From NCBI GenBank assembly GCA_965261245.1, contig OZ253446.1, positions 1,233,300 to 1,297,299 on the forward strand: a DNA stretch of 64,000 nucleotides, written 5' to 3'. The stretch comes from Spirochaetia bacterium (lineage in GTDB: Bacteria > Spirochaetota > Spirochaetia > G963692905). The notes below the pieces were generated by a model. That model was not told the DNA's origin and made no database searches. It worked only from the letters and a program-made list of their open reading frames with translations. The first letter of the stretch is position 1; each line of letters opens with the position of its first letter. This document shows positions 47,896 to 57,875 of the stretch, piece by piece. The position numbers and the translations under genes were made by a program.

Positions 47896-48516
47896 TTACG
47901 ACTGCTTCGCGCTCAATTCGGCATACCGGAAGCAGCTGACCAGGTGGTCGTTCATCATCCCGGCGCCTTGCATGTACGCGTAGATGGTGGTGGAGCCGAT
48001 AAACCGAAAGCCGAATTTTTTCAACTCTGCCGTCATGCGGTCCGAAAGCGGAGAGGTATCGGGGACATCCTGGTGGCGGCGCCAGGTGTTTTGTATGACG
48101 CGCCCGTCGGTGAAGTCCCAGAAAAATTTACTGTAGCTGCCGTGCTTCTCTTGTATATCCAGGAACGCGCGGGCGTTGACAATGGCTGCCTCAATTTTGC
48201 GGCGGTTACGGACTATCCCGGGGTCGCCGAGGAGGCGTTCAACGTCCTTGTCGGTAAAGCGGGCAATCGCCTGCGGGTCAAAGCCGGCAAAAGCCGCCCG
48301 GTAACCCTCGCGCTTTTGCAGCATCAGCCCCCAACTGAGCCCGGCCTGCGAGCAATCCAGGAGCAGGTATTCAAAATGCAGACGGTCGTCATGGAGCGGA
48401 ACGCCCCATTCGCGGTCGTGATAATCGTGGTAGAGCGGCTTTTGCGCCCAGGTACAGCGCGACGGGGCTGGTTTCCCGTTCGCGGCGGGCGCGTCTTTCG
48501 TGTTGCTCACTGCCAT
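47896..48516 (-). CDS. tag: DNA-3-methyladenine glycosylase I
   Basis: RCTWAQ..YHDREWGVP N-terminal zinc-snap motif and Tag-family core. Confidence 0.85.
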   Translation of the reverse strand: MAVSNTKDAPAANGKPAPSRCTWAQKPLYHDYHDREWGVPLHDDRLHFEYLLLDCSQAGLSWGLMLQKREGYRAAFAGFDPQAIARFTDKDVERLLGDPGIVRNRRKIEAAIVNARAFLDIQEKHGSYSKFFWDFTDGRVIQNTWRRHQDVPDTSPLSDRMTAELKKFGFRFIGSTTIYAYMQGAGMMNDHLVSCFRYAELSAKQS

Positions 48517-48517
48517 C

Positions 48518-48895
48518 CTACAAGATGTCGGGTTGGTAGACGGTGCGGGTGCTTATCTGGTCGCCCGTATTCAAAGTCCCTGCGGGTTCAATTATCAGGA
48601 CAGCGCAGCGGTCACCGGCATACGGTTTATGCTCAACGCCCCGCGGTACCACGTAGAGATCGCCTTCGCGTAGACGGACGCTGCCGTTACGTAAATCGAT
48701 GCGCATCTCGCCGCTGACTACCAGGAACGCCTCATCGGTATCGTCGTGTTTGTGCCAGACAAAGTCTCCTTTTATGGTGGTAAGCTTTAAATCGTAATCG
48801 TTAATCCGCCCAACCCGCAGGGGGTGCCAGTCCTTACTGATCCTACCGGCAATTTTGCGCAATTCCAAAACTTCGTTCATATTAGAGTATAGCAT
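48518..48895 (-). CDS. Cupin-domain protein
   Basis: Cupin motifs (WHKHDDTDEAFLVVSGE; VVPRGVEHKP). The true start may be the second ATG at 48880, on promoter evidence. Confidence 0.7.
   Translation of the reverse strand: MLYSNMNEVLELRKIAGRISKDWHPLRVGRINDYDLKLTTIKGDFVWHKHDDTDEAFLVVSGEMRIDLRNGSVRLREGDLYVVPRGVEHKPYAGDRCAVLIIEPAGTLNTGDQISTRTVYQPDIL
48886..48894 (-). promoter_or_regulatory. Extended -10 TGc-TATACT, 5 nt upstream of internal ATG 48880 of the cupin ORF
   Basis: Same TGCTATACT motif as at 47197 and 48988. Confidence 0.3.
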
Positions 48896-48966
48896 GAGTG
48901 ACGTGGGTAGCGATACATGCTAGGGGTGCTTTCGCGCTACCGTGCCCGTGAGAGATTGTAGAGGTA

Positions 48967-48996
48967 TTGAGTGTCTGTTCTCAGGTGTGCTATACT
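48967..48996 (+). promoter_or_regulatory. Promoter TTGAGT-N18(TGc)-TATACT for tRNA-Ser
   Basis: The -10 lies 21 nt upstream of the mature tRNA 5' end. Confidence 0.45.
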
Positions 48997-49017
48997 GTCA
49001 AACACACAAAAAGTGTT

Positions 49018-49105
49018 GGAGAGGTGGCCGAGCGGCTGAAGGCGCACGCTTGGAAAGCGTGTGTACCCTAATACGGTACCGAGGGTTCGAATCCCTCTCT
49101 CTCCG
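49018..49105 (+). tRNA. tRNA-Ser (anticodon GGA)
   Basis: 88 nt. Acceptor stem GGAGAGG/TCTCTCC, anticodon loop TTGGAAA, long class-II variable arm, T-loop GGTTCGAATCC. No encoded CCA. Confidence 0.9.
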
Positions 49106-49111
49106 TTATTA

Positions 49112-50818
49112 CTATCGAATTTGCCACACTGCTTTTGCTTGTGCGGCTAACCACTTTTGATGCTTATTAAGAGTATCTATATCCCACGCGTCGTATGCCG
49201 CGATTTTATTATTTATCTTGCATGGAGATTTACGCAGTGTCTCTTTCTTTTCTGCAAAACTTTCTTGTGCCATATTCTTGCTACGGGACAGTAATGTCAT
49301 GTTCCCCAATCTGCCTATCGCTTCATTGTAATTTTCCAGTCCAAAGTACTCTCGCCAGGCGTCATTGGGTTTTGCGGGCAGAATATGCTCTACCGTTAAA
49401 TTTACAGGCAGTTCATCCCCGCCTGAAAGATACTTCTCTATTTGCAGTAATAGGTATTTGGCTTTTGTATTACTTTGCCTGCTTGGCATCGTTTTGAGAC
49501 TAAAGTCTGCTACAAATTTCTCATCGCGTGGATAAACTTTATCTAGTAATCTGCTCTTTACTCCTTGAATACCTTGGGGCTTATTACTTGTGATGTACAT
49601 GGATATATCATTATAGATTTTCTCCTGAAGGTTGGGCATTCTTTCGCCAATTATATTGTACCGAATAGATATCACGGCTAGCCATTTAACAATCTTAACG
49701 AATTGAGTTGGTGTAAAATTAGTATATGATGCCATCATTAAGCTCAATGGAGTTTTAATATTGAATACGTCTAGCGTTCTTAAATCCTCAATGCACTGCT
49801 TATATACGGGACTGTGTTCACTCCAAAATCCATCGCCAGGGTCTTGCAGAGCAGCATAGATCGTGGCGTAATTTTCTAAATGGCAGACATAGGGTACTAC
49901 TTTATCTTGTTTGTCTCTAGATAGTTTATTTCTCAAAACTCGATACAGCTCTTTTGTTGGTCTTAAACGAGTAGACATTCCTTCGTAGCTGCGCAAAAAA
50001 GAGGTAAAGTTTGCTTCCCCCAACTGGTCAAGAATACCCGCCCATATCTGTTCAAATTCTTCAATATCCGCATCAGTGATTTTCTCTTTATCAGATGACA
50101 AAATTGATAATAAATAATTTTTGAGCAGATCGGGGATAGCCAAATGTAACCCACGGGCATTCAGAGTTTCGAATACCAAATAAGCATCTAAGTCATCTCC
50201 TACTGCAATTGTTGTAAAAAGAAGGCCAGCGCCTATTGATTCTACTAACTGTGCAAGTGCTTCGCTAGTATACCCTTTAATTACATTCTCAAAAAATTCA
50301 AACGCCTTGTTAATTTTACGATTACTGGTAGCTGTAATGCCGCGTTTTGTAGGAATGCCATATGGGTAGGAAATTATTGCTTTAAAATGCTTGCTGTTAG
50401 TTCGGTTTAAAATAAGTTTGGGAGCAGTTCGTAATGTTGTTAAGTTTAAAACTCCTAAATAACGCTTATGAATTTCTTCTCTCCTCACCTCGTTCTTTTT
50501 AGTTTCATGACCGCTAGCAATAATTTTTTTCAATCTTGCCAGAACGGCAATAATGATTAAAGTAATAGTGGTGATGCGTTGCTGCCCGTCGACAATTTCA
50601 AATTTCTTGCTGTCCTGGCTTTGCAAGACCAAATATCCCATAAAATGCTGTATTTTCTCGCTGCGCATACGTTCAATGTCTTGCCATAACTCAGTAATTT
50701 GTTCTATTTCCCAGGAATAATCTCTCTGAAAATTAGGAACAATATAACTTTTGTCGTTTGACATAATTTCACCAAACGTCTTGTTGACGGGAGTTAAGGG
50801 AATTTCTTTAAATTGCAT
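49112..50818 (-). CDS. DUF262/DUF1524 two-domain nuclease (GmrSD-like type IV restriction / defence candidate)
   Basis: N-terminal YIVPNFQRDYSW and DGQQRITT (DUF262/ParB-like). C-terminal HNH-like EHILP..N..GNMTLL (DUF1524). Markedly AT-rich. Confidence 0.75.
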   Translation of the reverse strand: MQFKEIPLTPVNKTFGEIMSNDKSYIVPNFQRDYSWEIEQITELWQDIERMRSEKIQHFMGYLVLQSQDSKKFEIVDGQQRITTITLIIIAVLARLKKIIASGHETKKNEVRREEIHKRYLGVLNLTTLRTAPKLILNRTNSKHFKAIISYPYGIPTKRGITATSNRKINKAFEFFENVIKGYTSEALAQLVESIGAGLLFTTIAVGDDLDAYLVFETLNARGLHLAIPDLLKNYLLSILSSDKEKITDADIEEFEQIWAGILDQLGEANFTSFLRSYEGMSTRLRPTKELYRVLRNKLSRDKQDKVVPYVCHLENYATIYAALQDPGDGFWSEHSPVYKQCIEDLRTLDVFNIKTPLSLMMASYTNFTPTQFVKIVKWLAVISIRYNIIGERMPNLQEKIYNDISMYITSNKPQGIQGVKSRLLDKVYPRDEKFVADFSLKTMPSRQSNTKAKYLLLQIEKYLSGGDELPVNLTVEHILPAKPNDAWREYFGLENYNEAIGRLGNMTLLSRSKNMAQESFAEKKETLRKSPCKINNKIAAYDAWDIDTLNKHQKWLAAQAKAVWQIR

Positions 50819-50874
50819 TGCCTAATACCACCTATATAATAATACTAGCAGTATTGCTGATTGTCAAATATCTG

Positions 50875-52257
50875 TTATTCCACATACCCCGCGATTACAT
50901 CGCGGTAAAAATAATAGCTATCTTTCGGGTACCGCCCAAGGGTGGTGTAGTCGCAATAAACGATGCCGAAACGCTTGGTGTACCCAAACCCCCATTCAAA
51001 ATTATCGATGAGTGACCACAGGAAGTAGCCGCGCAGGTTGATGCCTTCGTCAATGGCTTGCCGGCACGCCCGCAGGTGTGAGCGGAGAAAGGCGATACGC
51101 TCCGGGTCGTGTACCCGTCCGTCCGCACCAAGAGTATCCTGGGTGGCGAGGCCGTTTTCGGTAATATACATCGGTATATCGCCGATCTCGGCTTTTATCC
51201 AGCGCAAGTGACGGAGAACCCCCCCTGGGGTAATGTGCCACCCCATGTCGGTAACCGGCTCCCATTGGGGCATGTTATCGAGCATAAGTGTCCCGATTTC
51301 GCTTTCGCGGGCGTCGGTGTTTTGTCCAGGTGTCTTTGGGGCGTCGGGGCGCACAGCTCCTTTGGCAAATTCCATGTAATAATTCAGGCCGAGAAAATCT
51401 ATCGGCTGGGCAATTTTTTCCATATCGCCGTCCACAATAGGGAGCGTGATCCCCCGTCCGCCGAGCATATCAATTTCCCGCTGCGGGTACCCTTTCCCGA
51501 AGAGCGGCCACAGGTACATGCGTGCATCATCGTTGGCAATATCGGAGGCTTCAATGTCCTCTTCCCGCCGGGTGGCCGGGCGGGTTACGGCCAGGTTGAG
51601 CGTGGTGCCGATTTGTACATCAGCGCCCCCGTGTGCCCGCAGGGCACTGACGCCTAACCCGTGGGCCAAATTAAGGTGATGGACTACCGTTGCCGTCTCC
51701 TGGGCGTCGGTGTGCCCGGGCGCGTGGTACCCCAGGAGGTGCCCCATAACCGCGACGCACCACGGCTCGTTGAGGGTGATCCACATATCGATGACATCCC
51801 CCAGGGCGCGGGCGCAGATTTCCGCGTAGTCGGCGAAGCGCAGCGCCGTATCCCGGTTCACCCAACCCCCCCCGGTGTCCTGGAGGGTTTGCGGGAGGTC
51901 CCAGTGATAGAGGGTGGCCACAGGGCGCACCCCGCGCTCCCGGAGCCCCTCGGCCAGGCGGCGGTAGTAGTCCAAACCTTTCTGGTTCGCCGCCCCGCTC
52001 CCCGTGGGGAGGATGCGCGGCCATGCGATGGAAAACCGATACGCCTGCACGCCGATGTCTGCCATCAGGGCTATGTCTTCGGGGTAGCGGTGGTATTGGT
52101 CGCACGCGACATCGCCGTTGTGGTTGGCGTAGACCTTCCCGGGTGTTTTACAAAAGGTATCCCAGATACTTTTCCCGCGCCCGCCGGCATCAACGGCACC
52201 CTCGACCTGGTAACTGGCGGTAGCAACCCCCCAGAGAAACGAATTATCTTTAATCAT
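50875..52257 (-). CDS. Beta-glucosidase, glycoside hydrolase family 1
   Basis: FLWGVATASYQVEGA, TLNEPW (acid/base) and YITENG (nucleophile) motifs. Confidence 0.9.
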   Translation of the reverse strand: MIKDNSFLWGVATASYQVEGAVDAGGRGKSIWDTFCKTPGKVYANHNGDVACDQYHRYPEDIALMADIGVQAYRFSIAWPRILPTGSGAANQKGLDYYRRLAEGLRERGVRPVATLYHWDLPQTLQDTGGGWVNRDTALRFADYAEICARALGDVIDMWITLNEPWCVAVMGHLLGYHAPGHTDAQETATVVHHLNLAHGLGVSALRAHGGADVQIGTTLNLAVTRPATRREEDIEASDIANDDARMYLWPLFGKGYPQREIDMLGGRGITLPIVDGDMEKIAQPIDFLGLNYYMEFAKGAVRPDAPKTPGQNTDARESEIGTLMLDNMPQWEPVTDMGWHITPGGVLRHLRWIKAEIGDIPMYITENGLATQDTLGADGRVHDPERIAFLRSHLRACRQAIDEGINLRGYFLWSLIDNFEWGFGYTKRFGIVYCDYTTLGRYPKDSYYFYRDVIAGYVE

Positions 52258-52263
52258 ACGGCG

Positions 52264-52292
52264 ATAGTATCATCCACGGCGATAATATGCAA
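52264..52292 (-). promoter_or_regulatory. Promoter TTGCAT-N17-TACTAT, 6 nt from ATG 52257 (leaderless candidate)
   Basis: Read directly. No SD. Confidence 0.5.
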
Positions 52293-52355
52293 ACCAATAG
52301 AGGGGGTGTAAAACGATAATTATTACTCCAACAGATGCCGGGACTAAGAGAGACC

Positions 52356-52503
52356 GCGCTAGGCATGGGAAGGGTGGCGGTGCCCTTTGGCACCGCCAGA
52401 CGCCGCGGTGTTACAGCGGGCATCTTTCCGTGTTGCGGGCGGCGGCCGAGCCCTGAGCACGCCGACCGCCGGCGCGCGCAGCGCGGCGGGGGGAGCGCCC
52501 AAC
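52356..52503 (+). repeat. Family B repeat, copy B5
   Basis: Aligned by eye to B1. The apical stem is TGCC/GGCA. Confidence 0.85.
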
Positions 52504-52571
52504 ATAGCATCTGAAAAAAAGAGGGCATTTGACCTTAACGGGAGGGGTTTCGTATGATACTATGAAGTAGT

Positions 52572-53519
52572 ATGAAGCGCGCATTGATTTTTTTTAACCG
52601 GAACCGCGAGGGTGCACGGGTGGTGGCGGGGAATGTTGCGAAGTACCTGCAGGCGCATGGGATTACGGTGCGGCAGTATCAGTCGGGGCACAAGAGCGTG
52701 CGGCGCTACCCGCTGGTTGATTTTGCGGTATGTGTCGGGGGCGATGGGACGGCGTTGTTTGCATGCCGGGCGCTTGCCGAGCAGAGTATTCCGATTCTGA
52801 CCATCAACTACGGGAAGTTCGGGTTTATTACCGAGGTCTCCCTGGACGATTGGAAGCAGGCGGTGGAAAATCTGCTGCAGGGGGAATTTGAAACCGAGAG
52901 TAGAATTTTGATCGATATCTCTATCCTGCGCGGTGCGGGGAACGATGGCGAGAGCGGTGGGCGTGCGAGCGGGAGCGGCGGCACCTACCGGGGGCTGAAT
53001 GATGCGGTTATTTCGGTCATGGGGCTGTCGAAGATCATGAACTTTGCCGTCTTTTTGAACAACCAGCTGCTGGAAGAGTACCGGGCGGATGGGCTGATTG
53101 TTGCTACCCCGACTGGGTCGACGGCCTATTCGGCGGCAGCTGGCGGGCCGATCCTGCACCCGACCTTGCGGGCGCTAGTTGTTAATCCGATTTGTCCGTT
53201 CACGTTGGCGCACCGTCCGTTGGTCATCCCTGAGGATCAGCGGGTGCTGATTAAGCCGTCCTATGGGCGCAATGTGCGTATTCTTTTGACTATTGATGGG
53301 CAGGAACAAATTCCTTTGTCGCCGAATGACCGCATTGAGGTGGCGGTTTCCGAGCAGGTTGCGAGTATTGTGCGTTCCGAGAATTATTCGTTCTTTGAGG
53401 CCATTCAGCGCAAACTGGGCTGGTCTGGGGCGGCGCGCTCCGAAGGTACCCGGAGCGGGGCGGGGATGGGTGACGACGACGGGGGCGAAGATGATGAAGG
53501 TATGGTGGGTGATGCTTGA
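52572..53519 (+). CDS. nadK: NAD kinase
   Basis: GGDGT motif, NDAVI.., ATPTGSTAYS. Acidic/Gly-rich C-terminal tail. Confidence 0.85.
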   Translation: MKRALIFFNRNREGARVVAGNVAKYLQAHGITVRQYQSGHKSVRRYPLVDFAVCVGGDGTALFACRALAEQSIPILTINYGKFGFITEVSLDDWKQAVENLLQGEFETESRILIDISILRGAGNDGESGGRASGSGGTYRGLNDAVISVMGLSKIMNFAVFLNNQLLEEYRADGLIVATPTGSTAYSAAAGGPILHPTLRALVVNPICPFTLAHRPLVIPEDQRVLIKPSYGRNVRILLTIDGQEQIPLSPNDRIEVAVSEQVASIVRSENYSFFEAIQRKLGWSGAARSEGTRSGAGMGDDDGGEDDEGMVGDA

Positions 53520-55230
53520 AGAGCTGCATATCCAGAATTACCTGCTCATCGATAGACTCACGGTGCGGTTTGCCGAGGGGCTGAATGTCCTGAGCGGCGA
53601 GACCGGGGCGGGGAAGTCTATTCTCCTGGGGGCGCTGACGCTGTTGTTGGGGCAGCGCGGGGGCGATGTTATTCGGCGCGGGTGCGATGAGTGCGTGTTG
53701 AGCGCGGGGTTCCGGGTCGGTGATGATGCGGTGGTGCAGGAGTGGCTGAACGACCACGGGGTCAAGAGCGAAGAGGGCAGGGTAGTGGTGCGGCGCATTA
53801 TCCGCAAGAGCGGGCGCGGGGCGGTGCATATTCAATCGGCGCCGGCTACGCTTGCCGAGCTGAGCGAGCTGGCTGGGCGGCTGGTCGATATCCACGGGCA
53901 GCACGAGCACCAGTCCCTGCTGCGTACTCCCGCGCATCGGCGTATGCTGGACGGGTACGGGGGGATGTTGGAGCTAACCGGAGAGGTTGGGAAATGCCAC
54001 GCCGAGCTGGTGACCCTGCAGAAGCGCTTCGAAACCCTGAGTTCGTACCAGCGGGAGCATAAACACGAATTGGAGCTGTTGGAGCATGCGGTGCAGGAGA
54101 TTCAGGCGGCGCATCTTGAGAGCGGTGAGGAGCAGCGGTTGGATGAAGAGATACGGGTGCTCTCGCAGTACGAGCAGCTGCACGAACTGTGTGACGAATT
54201 AGTGCGGGTGCTGAATGGCGGCGGGCGGACCGGCAACAGTGGCGGCGGTGCGGGTGCCAACGGGGGTATTATCACGATGCTGGCCCGGGCGCGGGTAACC
54301 CTGGAGCAGATCGGGAAGATCGACCACTCGCTGATAAAACTTTCCGAGCGCCTGGATACCAGTTATTATGAGCTTGAGGATATCGCCACCAGTGCCCAGG
54401 AGCACCTGACCGGACTGCGGTACGATACGGCGAGCGTGCAGGATAAGATGCGCCGCCGTGATCTCATCGGTAACCTGCAGCAGAAGTATGGTGACAGCAT
54501 AGAGAAAATTGAGGCGTATGCCGCCGAGGCGCAGGCGCAGATAGAGCAATTGCGTGCGTGGGAAAAGAACCGGGCTGCCTTTGTGCAGAACATTACCCGG
54601 GTGCAAAAACAGGTAATGGAGGCCGCCGGACGGCTGTCGGAGCAGCGGAAGCAGGCCGCGGTTGAGCTGGCGGGAAAAATTGTGCCGATTATCCGCGAGC
54701 TGGGGATCGGCGAGGGGGAGTTTTCCATTGCTGTTACCCAGCAGCGCGATGATAACGGCAATTTTATGTGCAGTGCCAGTGGGATAGATATTGTGGAGTT
54801 CCTGATCCGCACCAATAGCGGGGAGGAGATGCGTCCGTTGCGGAAAATTGCCTCCGGGGGCGAGCTGTCCAGGATCATGCTCGCTATGAAATCGGTCCTG
54901 GCGGCGGCCGACCGCATCTCTACTATGATCTTTGATGAAATTGATAGCGGCATTGGGGGCGCGGTGGCCCGGGCGGTCGGGCGCTACCTGCAGAAATTGG
55001 CGGAAAAGAAGCAGGTCCTGTGTATTACGCACATCGCCTCTATCGCCGCCCGCGCATCCCATCACCTGCATGTCAGCAAGGAGGTACGGGGGGACCGTAC
55101 CGTGACAAGTATAGAGGAGATTACCGGGCAAGAGCGGGTCAGCGAAATTGCCCGCATGCTGGCGGGGAAACGTGAAGGCAAATCTTCCATCGAGCATGCT
55201 GAGGAACTCCTGCGGGAGTGCGCCCAGTAA
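53512..55230 (+). CDS. recN: DNA repair protein RecN
   Basis: MLEELHIQNY..LNVLSGETGAGKS Walker A, long coiled coil, SGGELSR signature, FDEIDSGIGG Walker B. ATG 53512 overlaps the nadK stop. Confidence 0.9.
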   Translation: MLEELHIQNYLLIDRLTVRFAEGLNVLSGETGAGKSILLGALTLLLGQRGGDVIRRGCDECVLSAGFRVGDDAVVQEWLNDHGVKSEEGRVVVRRIIRKSGRGAVHIQSAPATLAELSELAGRLVDIHGQHEHQSLLRTPAHRRMLDGYGGMLELTGEVGKCHAELVTLQKRFETLSSYQREHKHELELLEHAVQEIQAAHLESGEEQRLDEEIRVLSQYEQLHELCDELVRVLNGGGRTGNSGGGAGANGGIITMLARARVTLEQIGKIDHSLIKLSERLDTSYYELEDIATSAQEHLTGLRYDTASVQDKMRRRDLIGNLQQKYGDSIEKIEAYAAEAQAQIEQLRAWEKNRAAFVQNITRVQKQVMEAAGRLSEQRKQAAVELAGKIVPIIRELGIGEGEFSIAVTQQRDDNGNFMCSASGIDIVEFLIRTNSGEEMRPLRKIASGGELSRIMLAMKSVLAAADRISTMIFDEIDSGIGGAVARAVGRYLQKLAEKKQVLCITHIASIAARASHHLHVSKEVRGDRTVTSIEEITGQERVSEIARMLAGKREGKSSIEHAEELLRECAQ

Positions 55231-56420
55231 TGCGCCCCGCCCGCCCTCACCGCCGCGGGCGCACCGCCGTCAGGCCGCTGGCTAACCGGCGGGTTATACG
55301 CGTAACACGCATCCTGGTGGTCATCGCCCTGGTCGGCATCCTCTATTCGGTACTGTTTGTCCCCAGTAGTGCCGACGAGCCGCTCTTCTACCCCGAGTGG
55401 GCCATAGATGATTACCAGCACGGACAATCGGCAGCCGCCGCCGCCACCACCGGCACCCAAGGGAGCGGGGGTGCCGGCGATACATCTGGAGAAAACGGCA
55501 TTGAAAATTATTGGTACAACGGCACCTTCGGGGCAGTTAGCCCGCGGGGTGAGGTGGTGTTTGCCCAGGCAGCGCCTTTTTACGTCAATTATTCACCGCA
55601 GCGGTACGCAATTATTGAGCGCGTAAATACAGATACCGCCGTCCGCGACAGCGGCAGCGGGCGGCGCCTGTACTCTATCCCCGTCCCGGGGTACCCGCAC
55701 ATACACCAACAGCGCGCCGTGATGGTATTTTCCTCCGGGTACGAGGTTGCCGAATGGTCCCTCGACAGGGAGCTGTGGCGCCGTTCGTTTGCCGCGCCAA
55801 TTGCCGGCGTCGGCGTCAGTGCCCGGTTGGCGGCAATCGGTCTGTTAGACGGCAGGTGCGTGATCGTCGACAGAGACGGCAAGGAGATCGGAACAACCCA
55901 GGCCCCCGGGGGGGTCGCGGTTGTGGCCGCCGTTGCGCTCTCCGGGGACGGGGCGCGGTTGGCGGTGATCGAAGCCGGAGAGGTGGACGGTACCCCGCGC
56001 GCCTGGACGGCCCACTACGAAATCAGTGAAACCGGCGTCACCGAACTCTACCGCTTTCCCCTGGCGCCTCTGTCTACAACCCTCCCGCCCCTGCGGTTTA
56101 TTGAGGACACCTACGATGTCATGCTCTACCACGACGGCGCCCTCTACCTCGTCGATGACTCGCACCAGCAATTACGCGCCCTCGAGCGCGATGTCAAACT
56201 GGTCGCGTGGGACGGCAACCCACAAGGCATAGGGGCGATTACCGCCGTCGGAAACAGACGCACCCTGACGCTCTACTACCCAACCGGCACCCCTGTGCTC
56301 GCCCTGCCGCTCGGCGACCAATCCACCCACCCGGCAAACTTCCTGCACCTGCATAGCGGGTTAAGTATGACCCTCGGTTCGCACGAACACCTTATCCGCC
56401 TCCGGGGCACAGTGAAATGA
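55230..56420 (+). CDS. Hypothetical membrane-anchored protein
   Basis: ATG overlaps the recN stop (TAATG). Arg-rich N-terminus then a TM helix (ILVVIALVGILYSVLFV). No family recognised. Confidence 0.5.
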   Translation: MRPARPHRRGRTAVRPLANRRVIRVTRILVVIALVGILYSVLFVPSSADEPLFYPEWAIDDYQHGQSAAAAATTGTQGSGGAGDTSGENGIENYWYNGTFGAVSPRGEVVFAQAAPFYVNYSPQRYAIIERVNTDTAVRDSGSGRRLYSIPVPGYPHIHQQRAVMVFSSGYEVAEWSLDRELWRRSFAAPIAGVGVSARLAAIGLLDGRCVIVDRDGKEIGTTQAPGGVAVVAAVALSGDGARLAVIEAGEVDGTPRAWTAHYEISETGVTELYRFPLAPLSTTLPPLRFIEDTYDVMLYHDGALYLVDDSHQQLRALERDVKLVAWDGNPQGIGAITAVGNRRTLTLYYPTGTPVLALPLGDQSTHPANFLHLHSGLSMTLGSHEHLIRLRGTVK

Positions 56421-57403
56421 GGCACCAAAAGCGCCCCCGCGCCACCGCTGCCGCGGCACTTGTGTTTCTCGCCGCATTCCACCTCACCCCGCCCCCGCCC
56501 CTGCCGGCATGGCAATGGCCCACCGCCACTCCCCGGTTAGAGGCCGGGTACCTGGACACGGTCGACACCCACTACCTACCCGGTATCATTGTCCGCGACT
56601 TCACCCCCGTCACTGCCGCCTCGCGCGGAAGCACCAACGGTACCGCCAACAGGAGCAACAGCAATTTCCCAGTCATCCCCGTACGCCCAGGGCGCATCCT
56701 GCTGGCCGTCCCGCCGGTCGAACAACCAACCTCCGTCGCCCCTCCGCACGTCCTGAATGGATTCGTCCTGGTCGAACACGACGACGCCATCCGGGCACTC
56801 TACACCCACATCACCCCGCGCCTGCAGGGCTCGCCCCCGAGCGCCGATAGACCGACCGCCCAGCGCGCCGTCAACCCGCAAACCGCCGTCGACACAACAG
56901 ATACCCTCGGGAGAGCCGCAGGAAACAACGGCACGCAAATCCGCCTGCACATCTTCGACCCAGTTGCCCGCGCCTACCTGAACCCCCTCCTCCTCCTCCC
57001 GCCCCTCCAGGACCGCCTCCTCCCCGGTATCAGGGAATTCACACTGCGCAACCACACGTACGCCTTCACCGATAACTATTTCACCATCGAGGCCGAAATC
57101 TTTGACCGCCGCCTCTTTGTCAGCAACCTCATCACCACCCTGCCCCCGTACGTGCGCCTCTCCTACGACAACCGCAGCCAGACAATAGTTTTCGACGCAC
57201 TCATCGAGGATAACGGCGCCCTCCTGGTTGCATCAACCCGCCGCCTCCTGCGGGACACCGTGACCCACGACGGCCGCTACCTCCTCGGGCCGTTTCTCTA
57301 CAGCGACCAGGACACCATCACCTTTTCCATATCCGATTACCGCGCCAACCTCCGTACCCAGGATTTTTCCCTCGCAGAAGAAGAGGCGTCACTGCTGCGG
57401 TAG
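56417..57403 (+). CDS. Hypothetical secreted protein, possibly a degenerate M23/LytM-like domain
   Basis: ATGA overlap with the upstream gene. Signal-like N-terminus. NGFVLVEHDDAIRALYTHI resembles the M23 core strand, but the metal ligands are not evident. Confidence 0.4.
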   Translation: MRHQKRPRATAAAALVFLAAFHLTPPPPLPAWQWPTATPRLEAGYLDTVDTHYLPGIIVRDFTPVTAASRGSTNGTANRSNSNFPVIPVRPGRILLAVPPVEQPTSVAPPHVLNGFVLVEHDDAIRALYTHITPRLQGSPPSADRPTAQRAVNPQTAVDTTDTLGRAAGNNGTQIRLHIFDPVARAYLNPLLLLPPLQDRLLPGIREFTLRNHTYAFTDNYFTIEAEIFDRRLFVSNLITTLPPYVRLSYDNRSQTIVFDALIEDNGALLVASTRRLLRDTVTHDGRYLLGPFLYSDQDTITFSISDYRANLRTQDFSLAEEEASLLR

Positions 57404-57431
57404 CTGGGAATATAGAGAGAGGGGTGTATGC

Positions 57432-57586
57432 GGGGGGCGCTGCCCCCCTCGCTGCAGCCAGCGTGCCGCGCCTGCTTCGCAGCCGCGCCACCAGGCGGCT
57501 ACCCACGCGCGCGTGGGTACGGGCTCACTCCCGCTCGCCCGCCGCCGCCTTCGCTTGCTTCCGCTACCCCCCGGCGCCTCTGTAAA
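57432..57586 (+). repeat. Family A repeat, copy A4
   Basis: Aligned by eye to A1. Confidence 0.85.
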
Positions 57587-57691
57587 GCATGCGTCACCCA
57601 CGCGGTAACAGAGCGTAATACACCGACAGCGAGTGCAGCCGACGTTGTGCGGTACCAAAAACAGCTATATTTTACCATACTTTATTGGTAT

Positions 57692-57750
57692 AAAAAATTT
57701 TTAAAATTTTTTGCCAAAATACTTGACAAGAGAAAATTATATGCTATAAT
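57692..57750 (+). promoter_or_regulatory. Promoter TTGACA-N16(TGc)-TATAAT with upstream A6T5A4T6 block (about 285-nt leader to ATG 58041)
   Basis: Perfect hexamers at 57723-57728 and 57745-57750. The A/T block at 57692-57712 lies 10 nt upstream of the -35. Confidence 0.6.
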
Positions 57751-57866
57751 TATTACTGTTATGGTTAGAGTGGTGCACAAAACAGGTTTGTTGCGACGCA
57801 ACGCAAGCGCTATGACTGGTATTTCCTCCGTAAATCCTGGTAATCGCTGGACTAATCTCTCGCTTA

Positions 57867-57875
57867 CCCCCCCCC
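57867..57875 (+). repeat. Homopolymer C9 in the leader of the FN3-repeat lipoprotein gene
   Basis: Counted directly. Ends 165 nt upstream of ATG 58041. Confidence 0.9.

Noticed and set aside
49106-50874. An integrated mobile element with att sites at tRNA-Ser.
   Set aside because: No integrase or recombinase gene is present, and I found no direct repeat of the tRNA 3' end at the distal boundary. Only composition and position argue for horizontal transfer.
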